Numbered from the stretch's first letter, positions 37,326 through 50,421 are shown. The stretch: DNA of 64,000 bases from Scenedesmus sp. PABB004 (GCA_014905635.1 JABVCE010000011.1:248001-312000); one strand, 5' to 3'. Numbers and translations are program-made. Notes: generated from the letters alone by a model not told the origin.

Positions 37326-37846
37326 CGCATGCGCGTGCGTGCGGGGCGGGGGGCAGTGGCGGTGGGGCGGTTGCGGTGGGGAGGAGATTGTGTGGGTGTG
37401 CTTGCAGGATTGCAAGCGGGAGCGTGGCCGTGGCTGAAGGCATGCAAATGTGGGAGAGCCAGCCAGAGGGGGCCATGGGCTTGGGCGCGATGCCATAGCC
37501 ATATGGCGCATGCATGCGCGAAAAACGAGCGTCGGCTGGGGGGCGACGCAAGCAGGAGGCGCGCGGCGCGCGCGGCTCAGCAGGCGCAGCGTGCTGCTGC
37601 GCCGCCTCTGAGCGTGCGCGCCCGTGCGTGCATGAGAGTTATTTCGCAAGTGCAATGAACGAACGAGTCCCCTCGAGAGCTCCGCCGGCGGCACCGCGCT
37701 CCCTTCCGCTCCCCGCGCCGCCGCCCCAGCCGCGCTCACGGCCGCGACGAGCGTGCCAGCTCCCCGGCGGCGCCGCCGCCCGGCCGCGCGCGCGTGCGCC
37801 TGCGCCCGTGCACGCCCCCGCATGCGCGGCGGGGGGCCGCCTGCGC

Positions 37847-38297
37847 TCAGCGGATGATCGGGACGTCAAACTCGCGCCGCTTGAACTGCGGCGCGTGGTG
37901 CAGTCGCGGATAGGCGATTCCGTAATGCAGGCCCAGCGCGAGCCTCTCCGCGCCCTCGCGGAGCCGCGTCTCCACCTCCTCCGCGCCCGTGAGGCCGCGG
38001 TGCTGCCGGAAGAGGCGGCCGGCCTCGTCGCGAATGTAGGCCGCCTCCTGGCGGGCGCGCGGGCACGGGCGTTGGGCGAGCGGGCGCGGGGCGCGGCGCG
38101 CGTGGGGCGCCCGCCGCCTGGCGCGCGCTGCGGCGCGCGTGGGGCGCCCGCTGCCTGGCGCGCGCGTCCGCGCTGCGCGGCCAGGCGCCGGCCGCGCGCA
38201 CCTCCTGCGGCCCCGCCCAGCGCGCCGCCGCGCGCAGCAGGGCGCGGTAGAGCGCGCGCGCGCGTGCCGGCGCGGGCGCGCCGGCGGCGGAGCTCAT
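37847..38297 (-). CDS. LYRM1: LYR-motif protein, LYRM1-like
   Basis: Exons 38297-38202 and 38047-37847 give ARALYRALLRAAARW..E/EAAYIRDEAGRLFRQH...RLALGLHYGIAYPRLHH. Confidence 0.88.
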
Positions 38298-38742
38298 GCG
38301 CGCGCCGCCAGCAGGCCGGCAGGCAGTGGCCCCTGCTGCCGCGCCTGCTGCTGAGCCTGCTGCTGAGCCTGCTGCCGCGCCGCCGGCCGCTGCCGCTGCC
38401 GCTGCTGCTGCGCCCGCCGCTCCTGCTGCTGAGCTCTGGCGCGTGCGCCGTCGCTGCCACCGCTGCCTTTGGGAGCGTGAGTGGGGTGTGGGCGCGGCGG
38501 GCCACAAGCAGGCGGCCGGCGTCGGCGCCGCGTTCGCTGAACCCACTCGTCACGACCCGCCCGCCGGCCTCCTGCGGCCGCCGCCACCCCGGGTGCCCAC
38601 AGGCGCAGCCGCGACCGGCAGCGCCCTCCAGGGCGCCGGAAGCGAGGGCGCCGGCATGAGCCGGTGACGCACGCAGCGCCAGCAGCAGCAGAGCAGCAGC
38701 CTCCGCCGCGCCCGCCGCGCCTGCCGCCGCGCCCAGGCCGCC

Positions 38743-40127
38743 ATGGCCGCCGGCCCAGCAGCCGGGCCCGGCCCGTCCGCGGTGGCGGATTGCGGTCAGG
38801 GCGCGGCGCCGCCGGCCGCGGCGGAGCGGCGGCGCGAGCAGCAGCAGCCGAGCGGCGTGCGGTGGCGGCCGGCGACGCGCGAGCTGGTCGGCGGCGTGCT
38901 GGCGGGCGCGGTGAACGTCACCAGCGGGTACCCGTTTGACACGCTCAAGGTCCGCCTGCAGGCGGGCCGCGGCGCGTACGCCGGGATGACAGACGCCGCG
39001 CGCGCCATCTGGCGGTCCGAGGGGGTGAGCGCGCCGCGCCGCGCCGCCGCGCCGCCACGAACGCGCCGCCGCTGCGCCCGTGCCGGCCGGCCCGCCCCAA
39101 CGGCGCGCCGCCGCCGCCGCCGCCGCCCGGCAGCCGCGCGGCTTCTTCCGCGGGCTCTCGGCGCCGCTGCTCGGCGGCGCGGCGGAGACGGGCGTGAACT
39201 ATCTGGTCTACTCCCGCGTCCTCGACGCGCTGGCGCAGCGGCACGCGCCCGCGGCGCCCGCGGCGCAGCCGGCGCAGCCGCCGGCGCAGCCGCCGCCGTC
39301 GCCGCCGCGCGGCCGCGGCGCGCCGCCGCTCGCCGCGGTGCCCGTGGCGGGCGCCGTCGCGGGCGGCGCGCTGGCGCTGATCCTCTCGCCGACCGAGCTC
39401 GTCAAGTGCCGCATGCAGATGGCGCAGTTTCGCTCGCCGCTGCACTGCCTGCGCGACGTGCTCTCGAGCGAGGGCGCGGCGGGGCTCGCGCGCGGGCTGG
39501 GGCCCACGCTCGTGCGGGAGGTGCCGGGCAATGCCATCTTTTTCACTACCTATGAGGCGCTGCGCCGCGCGTGGCCCGGCGCGCGCGGCGGCGCGCACGG
39601 CGGCGGCGACCACGGCGGCGGCGCCAGCGGCGGCGAGCGCGGCGGCGGGCTGTGGCAGGCCGTGGCCGATGCGGGCAGCGCGATTGTCTGCGGCGGCGCC
39701 GCCGGCACCGTGGTGCGCCGGGCGCGCAGCGCGCGGCGCGGCGCGCCGTGTGTGCTGCGCGCGCCGTGCGCCGCGCTCAGCCCGCGCCCGCGCCGCCGCC
39801 GCCGCCGCCGCCGCGGCCGCGGCCGCGCAGATGTGGGCGTCCGTGCTGCCGCTGGACGTGGCCAAGACGCGCATCCAGACCGCGCGCCCCGGCAGCTCGT
39901 GGGACACGGGCGTGTGGTCGCAGCTCGTGATGCTCTGGCGCGAGGGCCGCGCGCGCGCGCTCTGGGCGGGGCTCGCGCCCACGCTCGCGCGGGCGTTCCC
40001 TGCCAACGCCTGCCAGTGGCTCGCCTGGGAGCTCGCGATGCACCGCCTGCTGCCGCCGGCGGCGCCGGACGACGCGGGCGAGCTGGCGGCGCGGGCGGGC
40101 GTGCTGGCGGCCGGCGCGGCGCCGTGA
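38743..40127 (+). CDS. Mitochondrial carrier family protein (basic amino acid/carnitine carrier-like)
   Basis: Three Px[DE]xx[KR] signatures: YPFDTLKVRLQ, SPTELVKCRMQ and LPLDVAKTRIQ; also REVPGNAIFF and RAFPANA. Two GT-AG introns. Confidence 0.93.
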
Positions 40128-40498
40128 TGTGCTGCGGCTGCGTGTGCGCCCTCCCCCCTCCCTGCGCGGGCAGCCCTGTGTTGCCGTGCGGCGCGTGCGG
40201 GACCTGAATTCTTTGTTCGTAGGAGCGAGTTTTCGGCGGCGCGGGGGTCACCGCGCGCAGCTGTCGGCGACGAACCGCGCGACGTGCTGTGAACCGCGCG
40301 TCGCTGTGACTGCGCCTGGCCTTAACCACATCCCCGGGCACCTCCGCCCCGATCCCGCACGCGCTCTGTGCCCCCTGCTGGTCTGCGGCAGACCGGGGCA
40401 CGGCGATGGCCGCTGCTGCTGCCGCCGCAGCCGCCAGCCCCGCGTCGACCCGGCTGCGCGCCAGCCCCCACTGAGCGGCAGCCGCGCAACTCGCCCGC

Positions 40499-42994
40499 AT
40501 GGCTCGCCACGCCGCCCGCAGCTCGCTGCGGAGCTCGCTGCTGCCGGCGCTGCTGCTGCTGCTGCCGCAGCCGCCGGCGCGGCCGCCGCTGGCCGCCGCG
40601 CAGCCGGCAGCCGCGCAGCCGGCAGCAGCCGCGAGCGAACTCCGCATCCCGCGCGTGCTGCACCGCAACTTCATGGCCGGCGCCGACGCGCTCGCGGCCG
40701 AGGCGCGGCGGCCGGGGAGCGGCTTCCGCACGCACTGGCTCGCGAGCTGCCGGGTGCCCGTCGCCGCGCCGCCGCGCCGCCGCCGCCCGCCCGCCCGCCC
40801 GCCCGCGCCGCCGGCCCGACGCCGCGCGCCGCGCGCAGACGCACAACCCGGGGTGGGCGGAGGTCGTGTGGGACGAGGGCGCGGTGCTGGCGCTGCTCGC
40901 GGAGCGCTACGCCTGGGCGCTGTCCGCGTACGTGAGCTACCCGACGCTCGTGCAGCGCAGCGACCTCGCGCGCTACGCGGTGCTGCACGCGCACGGCGGC
41001 GTCTACCTCGACGCTGACGTGAGCCCGCAGCGGCGGCGGGCTCAGGCTTAGGCTGCCGCGCGGCGCGGCGCGGCGCGGTCGGTGTTCATACACTCGGCTT
41101 GGCGCCGCCGCCGGCAGGTCGAGTGTTTCGCGCCGCTCGAGCCGTCGCTGCGCGGGCGCGACCTGGTGCTCAGCTGCGAGTACCCGGGGCCCGGCGGCTC
41201 GCTGCACAACGCGGCGATGGCCTCGGCGCCGGGGCACCCGTTCTGGCTGGAGGTGCTGGCCGAGGCGCTCGCGCGCGCGCCGGCGCACGCGCACACGCGG
41301 GCGGCGCCCGCGCGCCCCGCGCGGCGCGCTCGCGCGCCTCGCGGCGCGCGGCGCCGCCGCCGCGGCGGCCGCGTGGGCGGCGCGGCCGTGGCGCGACCCG
41401 GTCAACGACGTGCTGTGGAGCACGGGGCCGATGCTGCTGACGGACGTGTACAGGCGGCGCGGCGGCGCCGCGGCCGCGTGCGGCGCGAGCGGCGGCGCCG
41501 GAGGGCGCGCCGACCACGCGGCGCCGCTGGGCGCCTGGTTCACGCCCTGCTTCTGGCGCGACGACGCCTGCCAGCGGTGAGCCTTGACAGCGCAGCGCGG
41601 CGCCTGAGGGTGCGGCGCCTGTGTTTTTGCGGCCAGCCCCGAGCGGCGCCGCCCTGGCCGCGCCGCAGGCGCTGGAGCACGCAGCACTTTCTGCTCATTC
41701 GCAACGCGACCGCCCCCGCCGCGCTGGCGGACGAGCTGGCGGGCGCGCCGCGCGCGGCCCCCTGGCTGCCGTGGCTCTGGCGGCGCCCCGTGGCGCCGCC
41801 GCCGGCGCCGCCGGCGGCCGGGCCGCCCGGCGCGGTCGTGGGAATGCATCATTACAGTGCCTCCTGGACCAACTGGGACCAGAGCGCCCGGCACGCCGCG
41901 GCGGCGGCGCTCGACGACGAGGTGCGACCGGAGCGAGGGCAGCGCAGGCTCGCAGCGGCGCGTGGGCCGGGCGCGCGGGCACGCCAGGGGCGCTGAGCGC
42001 CGCCCGCCCGCCCGCCCGCCCGCCCTCGCAGGCGTCCCGCGTCGCGCGCCACTTTTTCCTGGAGAGCCCTGCATTCATCGAGCACCACTGCACCGGCGCG
42101 CTGCTGCCGCCGTATGGCGGCGGCGATGGCGGCGCTGCGCCGGGCAGCTGCAGCGGCAGCGCGCACGGCGGCAGCGAGGCCGGCGGCGGCAGCGGCGCGG
42201 CCTGTGCTGCGGCCGACGCAGGCGACCCGGCGCCGCTGTGCTGGGAGTTTCTGGCAGACGTGGCGCCGCTGGGCGGCTGCGCCGTGGTGTCGGTGCTCGC
42301 CGGCGCGGCGGCCGACGGCCCCGGCGCCGGCGAGGCCGAGGCGGCGCTCGCGGGCCGCGGCTGTCACGTGATCGTGGCCAGCCCCGACGCGGCGCCGCCG
42401 CCGGCGCTCGCCGGCGCCGCCGCCGGCGAGCGCGTCGTGCACGTGCGCGGCGCGCTGGCCGGCGGCGGCGGCAGCGAGGCGGAGGGCGCGGGCGCGGGCG
42501 GCGGCGGCGCGCCGCGCCTGGCGCTGGCCGAGCTGCTCGCGCGCGACCCGCGGCCCCGGGCGGCGGGCTGCTCGGCCGGCTGCCGCTGCGGTGCGTGGGG
42601 GCGCGGGCGCTCGCTGCAGCGCGCGCCGCGCGGCCGGGGCGCCGCGCGGCCGCGCCCACGCGCCACGCCGCGCCCGCCGCCCGCGCACAGGCGCGTGCTG
42701 CGCCTCGCCTGCGGCGGCGCGTGCGGGCTCGCCGCGCTCGCGTCGCTCGCCGCCGACGCCGACGGCGCCGGGCCGCTGCGCGGCGTCGAGGTGGTGCTGC
42801 TGGAGCTCGACGCCGCCACCGCGCAGCGAGACAGCGGCCGTGCTGCGGGGCGCGAGTGGGCGGCCGCGCTGCGCCTGCTGCGCCAGGCGCACGGCTTTGC
42901 CGGCGTCCTGCGCGCGGGCGCGCCGGGCGGCGGGGTGCGCCTGGCCTGGGCGCGCGCGCCGGGGCGGCTCGTGCCCCGCCCGCCGCCGTCGTGA
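40499..42994 (+). CDS. GT32 (DXD) glycosyltransferase with degenerate C-terminal methyltransferase-like domain
   Basis: IPRVLH, HNPGWAEVVWD, QRSDLARYAVLHAHGGVYLDAD/VEC, NAAMASAPGHPFW, STGP..LT, HHYSASW. An apparent 1-nt frameshift lies near 41315; the C-terminal exon structure is uncertain. Confidence 0.8.
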
Positions 42995-43216
42995 CGCGTA
43001 ACGACGGCATCGCATGCCGCCGGGTCTCGCGCTCCGCTGCGCGCCGCCAGTCCTCCCGCCCGCAGCGTCCCGCAGCAGCCCGCCGCGAGCGAGCAGCCCG
43101 CCGCCGCCGCCGCGCGCGTCGCCGCCCGCGTCGCCGCGCCGCACGCGCGCCAGGCCGCGCTCGGACGCGTCGGATCCCCCCGTGGAGCGCGTGAGGCGGC
43201 CGCGGAGGCGTCCAAC

Positions 43217-46200
43217 ATGGCGGGCGGCGCGCTGGCAGCGGCGGGCCCCGGCCGCGCGGCGCTGTACACTGGCCGCACCACGGCCGCCGTGGTCCTCATC
43301 GCCGTGGTCGCGGCGTCTGGGGGCCTGCTGTTCGGGGTGCGGCGCGGCGCTGCGGCGCGCGGTGGCGCCGGCGGCTGCGCGGCGCGCCTGCTGAGCCCCT
43401 GCACCACGCACCCCCGCAGTACGACAACGGCGTGACCGGGGGAGTCATCTCCATGCACGGCTTTGCGTCCCGCTTCTTCGTGCGTGCGCACGCGCGCCGC
43501 GCCGCTCGCTGCGCCAGCACCGCGCCCACAAACGCGCCGCGGCCGGCCGCAGCCCGAGACCCTCGACGGCAGCGCCGGCACCAACGGCTACTGCAAAGTC
43601 CGGGCGGCGGCGGAGTGCCGCGCGAGCGGCCGGGCGGGCTCGCGCGCAGCGCGCGCAGCTGGCTGGCCCGCCCCGACCCGCCCCGCCCTGGCTGCCCTCA
43701 CGCGCCGCGCAGCACGACAACCAGATCCTGCAGCTGTTCACCTCCTCCCTCTTCCTCGCGGGCGCGTTCTCCGCGCTCGTTGGCATGGTCACGTGCAAGC
43801 GCTACGGCCGCCGCGTGACGATGGTGGCCGGCGGCGCCGCGTTCATCATTGGTGCGCGCCGCGCCCCCCGCAGCGCGGCAGCTGCTGCCGCGCCGCGCGC
43901 GCGCCGCCCGCGCGCTCGTTTGGGGCGCCGCCGAGCGCCGCCCGCCTGCGCCCTGTCGCGCCGTGCACGGCGCGGCGGCGGAACGTGCCGCCGCCGCGGC
44001 GCAGGCACGGCGCTCGTCGCGTCGGCCTTCCACATCGCGCAGCTCGTCGTCGGCCGCGTCGTGCTCGGCGTCGGCGTCGGCCTCGCCACGCAGGCGCGCC
44101 GCCGGGCCGGCCAGGCCGGGCGAGCGCTGGGGGCCGCGCCTGGCCGCCTTCGCCGCCGACGGCCGGCGGCGACGCGCGCGTCGCGCCGCCACGCAGGCGA
44201 CGCCGCTGTTCCTCAGCGAGATGGCGCCCCACCGCCTGCGCGGTGCGGGGCGGGGCGTGCAACACCGCCGCGCCGCGCCGCGCCGCGCTGCGCAGCACGC
44301 CGCGCCGCGCGCCGCCGCCGCCCCTGCGCGCCGCGGCCCGCGGCCGACGGCGCCGCGCGGCCCCTGGTCGTCGTCAGGTGGTCTCAACATCCTCTTCCAG
44401 CTGGCAGTCACGATTGGCATCTTCGCGGCGCAGCTCATCAACTACGGCACGCAGGCGCGCCGCCGGCAGGGCCGGACTCAGGACCCGGGCCGCGCCGCGA
44501 TGCCGCCGTGCCACCGCGCCGCGCCGCCGGCGCCGCGCCGTTGTGCCGCCGCCAGAACCTGCCCTGGGGCTGGCGCCTGAGCCTCGCGCTCGCGGGCGTG
44601 CCGGGGGCGATGCTCTTCTTCGGCGCCCTCGCGCTGCCCGACACGCCAAACAGCCTCATCGAGCGCGGTGCGGCGCGCACGACCGCGGCGCGCCGCGCAG
44701 CATGCCCGCGCTGCCGCAGTGCGCGCGAGGGCGCCGCGCCACCGCCGCCGTCAAGCGCGCGCCGCCGTCCCCAACGCCCCGCGCGCCGCACAGGCAAGCT
44801 CGCGGAGGGCGAGCGCGTGCTGCAGCGCATCCGCGGCACCAAGGGTGCGCGCCGCGCGCCCCGCCGCGGCCCGCGTCCTCGGCTGCGTGCTTGCGCACCG
44901 TCCTGAGCCGCGCGCCGCCGCTGCTGCCGCCGCCCGCCCCCACGCGCGTCCGTGGGCCACCGCCGTCCTGCCCGGCCCTGCCGCTGCCCCCTGCAGACGT
45001 GACGGTCGAGCTTGAAGATATCGTCGATGCAGTGAACGTCGCGCACGCGCTGCCGCGCCCCTGGGCCACCATCATGCGCCGCCGCTACCGCCCGCGTGCG
45101 TTTCAACGCGCAAATTTGCGCCGCGCGCCGGCCCGCGCGGCGCAGGCCGCAGGCCGCGCGCCGCGCCGGAGCTCCGCGCGCTGCCGCCAGCTCACCCGCC
45201 CGCCTCCGCTTGCCTCGCTGGCGCCTCGCGACGGCGCCCTCCCGCCCTGCCTGAACACACAGAGCTGATCATCAGCATAATGATTCCCATCTTCCAGCAG
45301 GTGTGTGTGTGTGTGTGTGTGTGTCTGTGTGCAGCGCCGCGCCGCGACGGCTGGGCGGGCACGCGCGCGGCGGGCTCAGCCGGCGGGCTGGCGCGGCGGG
45401 CTGACCGCGCACCGCGCCGCCGCCCCGCGCCGCAGTGGGTCGGCATCAACGCCGGTGCGGCGCGCGCCCCCGCCGGCCCCCCGCCACGCGCCCAACGCGC
45501 GCCAGCTGCCGCCGTCCTGACCGCCGCGCCGCCGCTGCCCCCTGGGCGGCGCCGCCCAGTCATCTTCTACGCGCCCCAGCTCTTCCAGACCACCGGCGCG
45601 GGCGCCGACGCGGCGCTGCTCAACACGGTGCGCGCGCCGCGCCCGCCGCGCCACCCCCGCCGCCGCGGCCTCGAGCACGCTGCTGCCACCTCCGCCGCGG
45701 CGCCGCAACGGCCCCCCTGGCCCGCCGCCGCCGCCGCGCCTGGCAGGTCGTCATTGGAGCGGTCAACGTCGCCGCGACCGTGGTCGCCGTGCTCGTCGTC
45801 GACACGTGCGGCCGCGGCGCCCTGGCCCGCGGCCGCGGCGCCGCGCCCGGGCCCGCCGCGCCCCGCCTGGGCTCACGCTGACGGCGCCTCGCATCCCCCC
45901 CCCCCCCCCCCCAGGTTTGGCCGGCGCTTCCTGCTGATTGAGGGCGGCCTGCAGCTCGTGGCCTGCGAGGCGCGCGCGCGCGCGCGGACGCTGCGCGGCG
46001 CGGCCGCGCACGCCGCACGCCGCGCGTGTGGCGGCGGCGGACCCGTGCGCGGGGCCGCCCCGCGCCGCCGCCCGCCTGACTCTGGCGCCCGCGCCGCGCC
46101 GCGGCGCGCCGCGGCAGATCATCGTCGGCGCGCTCATCGGCGCGGCGCTCGGCACGAGCGGCGTCGGCGCGCTGCGCCCGCGCCCCGCGGAGGCGACGAT

Positions 46201-47565
46201 CGCGTTCGTGTGCCTCTGTGTGTGCGGCGGCCGCGGTGGCGCCGCGCGCGCGCGGGCGCGCGCGCGCCGCGGCGGGCAGGCGGGGGCGCGCGCACGCGGC
46301 AGGGGCGGCGGCCGGCGCCGGCACGCGCCAGCCACGGGCTTGCGCTCACCGCCGGCGCGCCGCCCCCCGCACGCAGACATCGCCGGCTTCGCCTGGTCCT
46401 GGGGTGCGTGGGGCGTGGAGAGCCCCGGAGCGCACCGGGCCCGAGGCGCCGCGCCGCGCCGCAGCGTCCTCGTGGCGCCCACCGCCGCGCGCGCCTCCGC
46501 CCGCGCCACGCGCCGCGCTCACCCCACAGGGCCGCTGGGGTGGCTGGTGCCGAGCGAGATCCAGCCGCTCGAGACGCGCGCGGCGGGGACGGCGATCAAC
46601 ACCTTCACCAACCTGCTGATGACCTTCGTGGTGAGTGCAGTGACTGGACAGTGTGCCTGCACAGCACTCAACGCGGGGCTCAGCTGAGCCCGACTGCTGC
46701 AGCCTGCAGGCTGCGCAGGCTCTCGCGCGCGCGGCGCGGGCCGCGCCTGCCGCCGTGCGCCGCCGTGCGCCGCGCCGCGCGCCCGCCGACCCCTGCGGCC
46801 CCGCCCGCGCGCGCCCTGGGCAGGTGGGGCAGACCTTCCTGTCGATGCTGTGCGCGATGAAGTTCGGGGTGCGCCGCCGCCGCTGCCCCCCCCCCCCCCC
46901 CCCTCCCGCCCGCCCGCGCGCTTGTGCGCGGCGACGCAGCCCGCGCCCGCTCAGCTTCCACCGTGCCACCTCGCCGCCCGCAGGTCTTCCTCTTCTTCGC
47001 CGGCATCGGCCTCATCGCCGTCGCCTTTGCCGCAGCTCTCGTGCCGGAGACCAAGGGCGTGCCTATCGAGGAGATAGAGGCGCGGCGGCGCGCGGCGCGG
47101 CTCGGCAGCGCCGCGCGGCCGCACAGGGAGCTCCCGGGGTGCCGCACACCCGGCCCGCCGCGCGGTGCCTGCCGCAAACAACAGCATCCCACGCCGCGCA
47201 CGCGCCACGACGTGCTCGCCGCCGCGCCGCCGCGCGGCGCGCAGGAGACGGTGGTGCACCGCCACTGGTTCTGGCGCCGCGTCGTCGCGTCGGCGCCGGC
47301 GCCGGACGTGGCGCGCTCCGCGTCGAGCCTGGTGCAGGTGCGCCGGCGCGCCGCGCCCGCACCGCGTGGCCGCAGGAGGCTGGCTGCCTGGGCAGCCGCG
47401 CCGCTCGCGCGCCGTGCCGCCCCCGACGACGACCGCGTGCCGCCGGCTGCGCGGCAGGTGCGCCACGGCCCGGGCGGCCCCTCCCTCGCCCTCGTGGACT
47501 CGAAGGTGGACGGCGGCGCGCGGGCCGGTGCGCGGGCCGGCGCGCCGGCGGGCCTGCAGCCTTGA
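43217..47565 (+). CDS. MFS sugar porter, HUP/STP-type hexose:H+ symporter
   Basis: AASGGLLFG/YDNGVTGGV, LQLFTSSLFLAG, YGRR, PLFLSEMAP, FQLAVTIGI, GWRLSL, PDTPNSLIERG, FQQ/WVGINA/VIFYAP, FAWSW/GPLGWLVPSEI, PETKGVPIEE, HWFW. About 20 introns. Confidence 0.96.
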
Positions 47566-48204
47566 TGCGGCCGCCGGCTGCCGAGCCCGGCGGAGGGGCG
47601 GGGGCCGCGTCCGGCGCGCTGCGCGCGAGCGCCCGCGGGCGGCGCGTGCCTGGCGGTTTGATCGATGCTTCTTTTGCGAATCAATCAGTCTCGGAGGATT
47701 GGAGGCCTTGCGGCGCGTTGCGAGCAGGCGGCGCATGTTGCACGGCGCATGCTGCACGGCGCGCGCGCAGTGCACGCGCGCGCGGCCGCGCGGGCGCGCC
47801 GCGATTTTGCTTGGCGTGGCGCCGCCGGCATGCACGTCGCCTTGCTGTGTCTGACTTTTGATGGCCGTCGCGTGGGACCGGGTTTGCGCCGCCGCCGAGT
47901 TTTTGCGCGCGAGGTTGGAGAGTTGACGAGCGGCGCACAGTGCAACACACCGGCCTTCCCCACACCGGCCTCCCCCCCCCCCCCCCCCGGCAGCGAGCGC
48001 CCGCGCCAGCCACGACCCGTTCCGCCCCGCCGGGGTCTGGCGCTTCAAGACCGCTGCCGCCGCTGCCGCCGCCCACGGCCGCGCGCCTCGCGCCGCCCCG
48101 CGCACAGCCCGCCCGCGCCCCCGCGCCACGGTCCCGCTTCATCCCGCCAGCGCACCGCCGCTCGCCCTCCCGCGGCCCCAGCGCGCCGCCGCAGCGCCGC
48201 GCAG

Positions 48205-49967
48205 ATGGCGTGCCCGCTGCTCGCGGCGCTGGCGGCGCTGAACGACGACGCCTGGTCGCAGGTGCTCGCGCCAAAGATGCTGGCGGACCGGGGCAGCGCC
48301 AGGGCCTTCGCGCTGGCCTGCAGGGAGGCGCGGCGCCTGGTGCACGGCAGCGTGGCGGCGCTCAAGCTGCGCGACGTCCGGCCCCTGCCCGGGCGCCCCG
48401 CCGACGACCACCGGCGTTGGCTGTCCACGCTGCACGAGCGCTTCGGCGCCTGCAGCCGCGTGACCTTCACAATCGCCAGCTTTGACGACGCGGCGCTGCA
48501 CCTGCCCGCGCTGCTGCCGGCGCTCGCGAGGTGGGCGAGGGCGCGGCGGCTGCGGCGCGCGGCGCGTCGCGGTCGTCTGTGCTCCGTGCGGCCCTGCAGC
48601 AGTTTGCGTGCCTGCCACGCGCCCGGGAGGGGCCGGGAGTGCCGCTGCTGACCCGCCGACCGCCCGCAGGCTGCCGCGGCTGGACGCGCTGCGCCTGGAG
48701 GCAGCAAACGGCAACCTCAGAGCGCCAGAGACCATGGCTCTGCTGCTGAGCACGGTGGGCGTCCAGCTGTCAGGCGTGCGGGCGCTGGAGCTGGAGCTGT
48801 GGGGCAGCAGCTTGGAGGGCAGCGGCGCGGCGTGGCTCGCGATCGGCCGCGGCGCGACGCAGCTCACGCGGCTGGCTGTGGAGTTTGATGACCAGGACCG
48901 ACGCGTCACGCTGCAGCACCTCTCGTCGCTGTCCACCCTCAGCGCTCTGGCGAGCCTGTCTCTGGCCAAGTGCCGCGCGGCCGACGGCCAGCAGTCGTAT
49001 GGCTGGCTGGGCTGCCTCGCACCGTCGCTCACGCACCTGGAGCTGCCCCTGGCCGACGACCGCGCCGGCCTGGCCGCCGTCGCCGCCTGCACGGGGCTGC
49101 GGAGCCTGGCCCTGTCTGGCAGGAGCGATCAATTGGGGCTGAGCGCGGCCGAGAGCGGCGCGCTGGCGCGGCTGGCCGCGCTGACGCGGCTGGACCTGGC
49201 CGGTGAGCAAGGCTCCGTCCCGGCCCTGCTGGAGGCGGCGGCGGCGCTGCCCCGGCTCGCCGAGCTGCACGTCCGTGGCCTGTCGCGTGCCTCGCTGCCG
49301 CACCTGGCGCGCATGACCGCCCTGACCAAGCTACAGGGCTGGTGGAACGGCGAGCAGGCGGCGGCCGGCCCAGTGCCGGCGGCGTGCCCGTCTGTGGTGG
49401 AGCTGGCCGGCGGCGGCCGTGGCACGCCGTGGGCAGCGTTCCCGGGGCTGCGCAATATCAGAATTTGGGACGACGAGATGCACGCGCGCCACCTAAGGGC
49501 GCTGGCGAAGCACTGCACCGCGCTCACGGCGCTGGCGTTTTGGGGCGCTGACGGGGTCGACGACGAGGGCGTGGCGGCGTTCCAGAGCCTGGCGCGCCTG
49601 CCAGCGCTGCGCGTGCTGGACGTGCAGGGCACCTGCGAGTTTGAGCACCTGGCCGCGCTGTGCACAGGTCACGCGCCTGGCGCTTTTTTGGCAGCCCTGT
49701 GCGGCGAGCCTGGCCGTGCTCGGGCGCATGGCTTCGCTGCGGGTGCTCAACGTGGACTTCATACCTGAGCATCTCATTGACGGCGATCGCACGGCTGGCC
49801 TCTCCGCGGGCAACAGCGCGGCGGTGCTGCTGAGCGCGTTGGCGCACGTCCAGCGCGTCGCGCTGCGCGGCCTGGGCGAGGAGGCCGAGGCGGCGCTGCG
49901 GGAGGCGGGGTGGCATGCAGACGCGTACGGGCTACCGAAGCCTAGAGTGCTGGACATCCTTGAGTGA
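48205..49967 (+). CDS. LRR family copy 2 (frameshift near 3' end; truncated product or pseudogene)
   Basis: MACPLLAALAALNDDAWSQV; intron 48531-48669; LRR motifs. The frame shifts at ~49660-49666: the main frame stops at 49768 while the homologous tail QVTRL...ALAHVQRVALRG lies in another frame ending at 49967. Confidence 0.75.
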
Positions 49968-50069
49968 TGGTTGGCTGCGCGGCCGATGGGCGCGGGCAAC
50001 GACGAGCTGCGAGCAACGGCAGGGAGTCTGTTGCCCCTCCCTGCCCTCGCGTGAGCAGCGCGCCTTTGC

Positions 50070-50421
50070 TCACGCCGCCGTCAGCCGCGCCGCGAGCGCC
50101 TCGCAGGCGGCGCAGCCGCACGACGCCAGCAGGCCGCGCGTCTTCGCGCGCGCGGCGGCCAGCGCACTCGCCGCGCACGCCAGCGCTTCGCGCAGCGCCG
50201 CGCCCTGCGCCTCCAGCGTGCGCGACGCGTCCGCGAGCTCCCTCACGCGCTGCAGCTTCCGGGCCTTACTCGTCTTCGCGGCCGCCCGGTTGCTCAGCAC
50301 CCGCGCGCGCTGCTGCTCGGTCAGGCCGCGCAGCTCGGCGCCGGGGGCGGCGGCGGCGGCCGCGGCGGCGCCGCCGCGCGCGCGCCCCGCGGCCGGACTG
50401 GCTGGGCGAGGGCGGCGCCAT
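50070..50421 (-). CDS. Small bZIP transcription factor
   Basis: RARVLSNRAAAKTSKARKLQRVRELADASRTLEAQGAALREAL is a basic N-x7-K region plus Leu heptads. The ATG at 50421 needs a 1-nt correction (probably the C4 run 50385-50388) to be in frame. Confidence 0.7.

Noticed and set aside
46675..46692. Palindrome GGGCTCAGCTGAGCCC in a transporter intron as a possible ncRNA
   Set aside because: No box C/D or H/ACA layout and no rRNA complementarity were identified.
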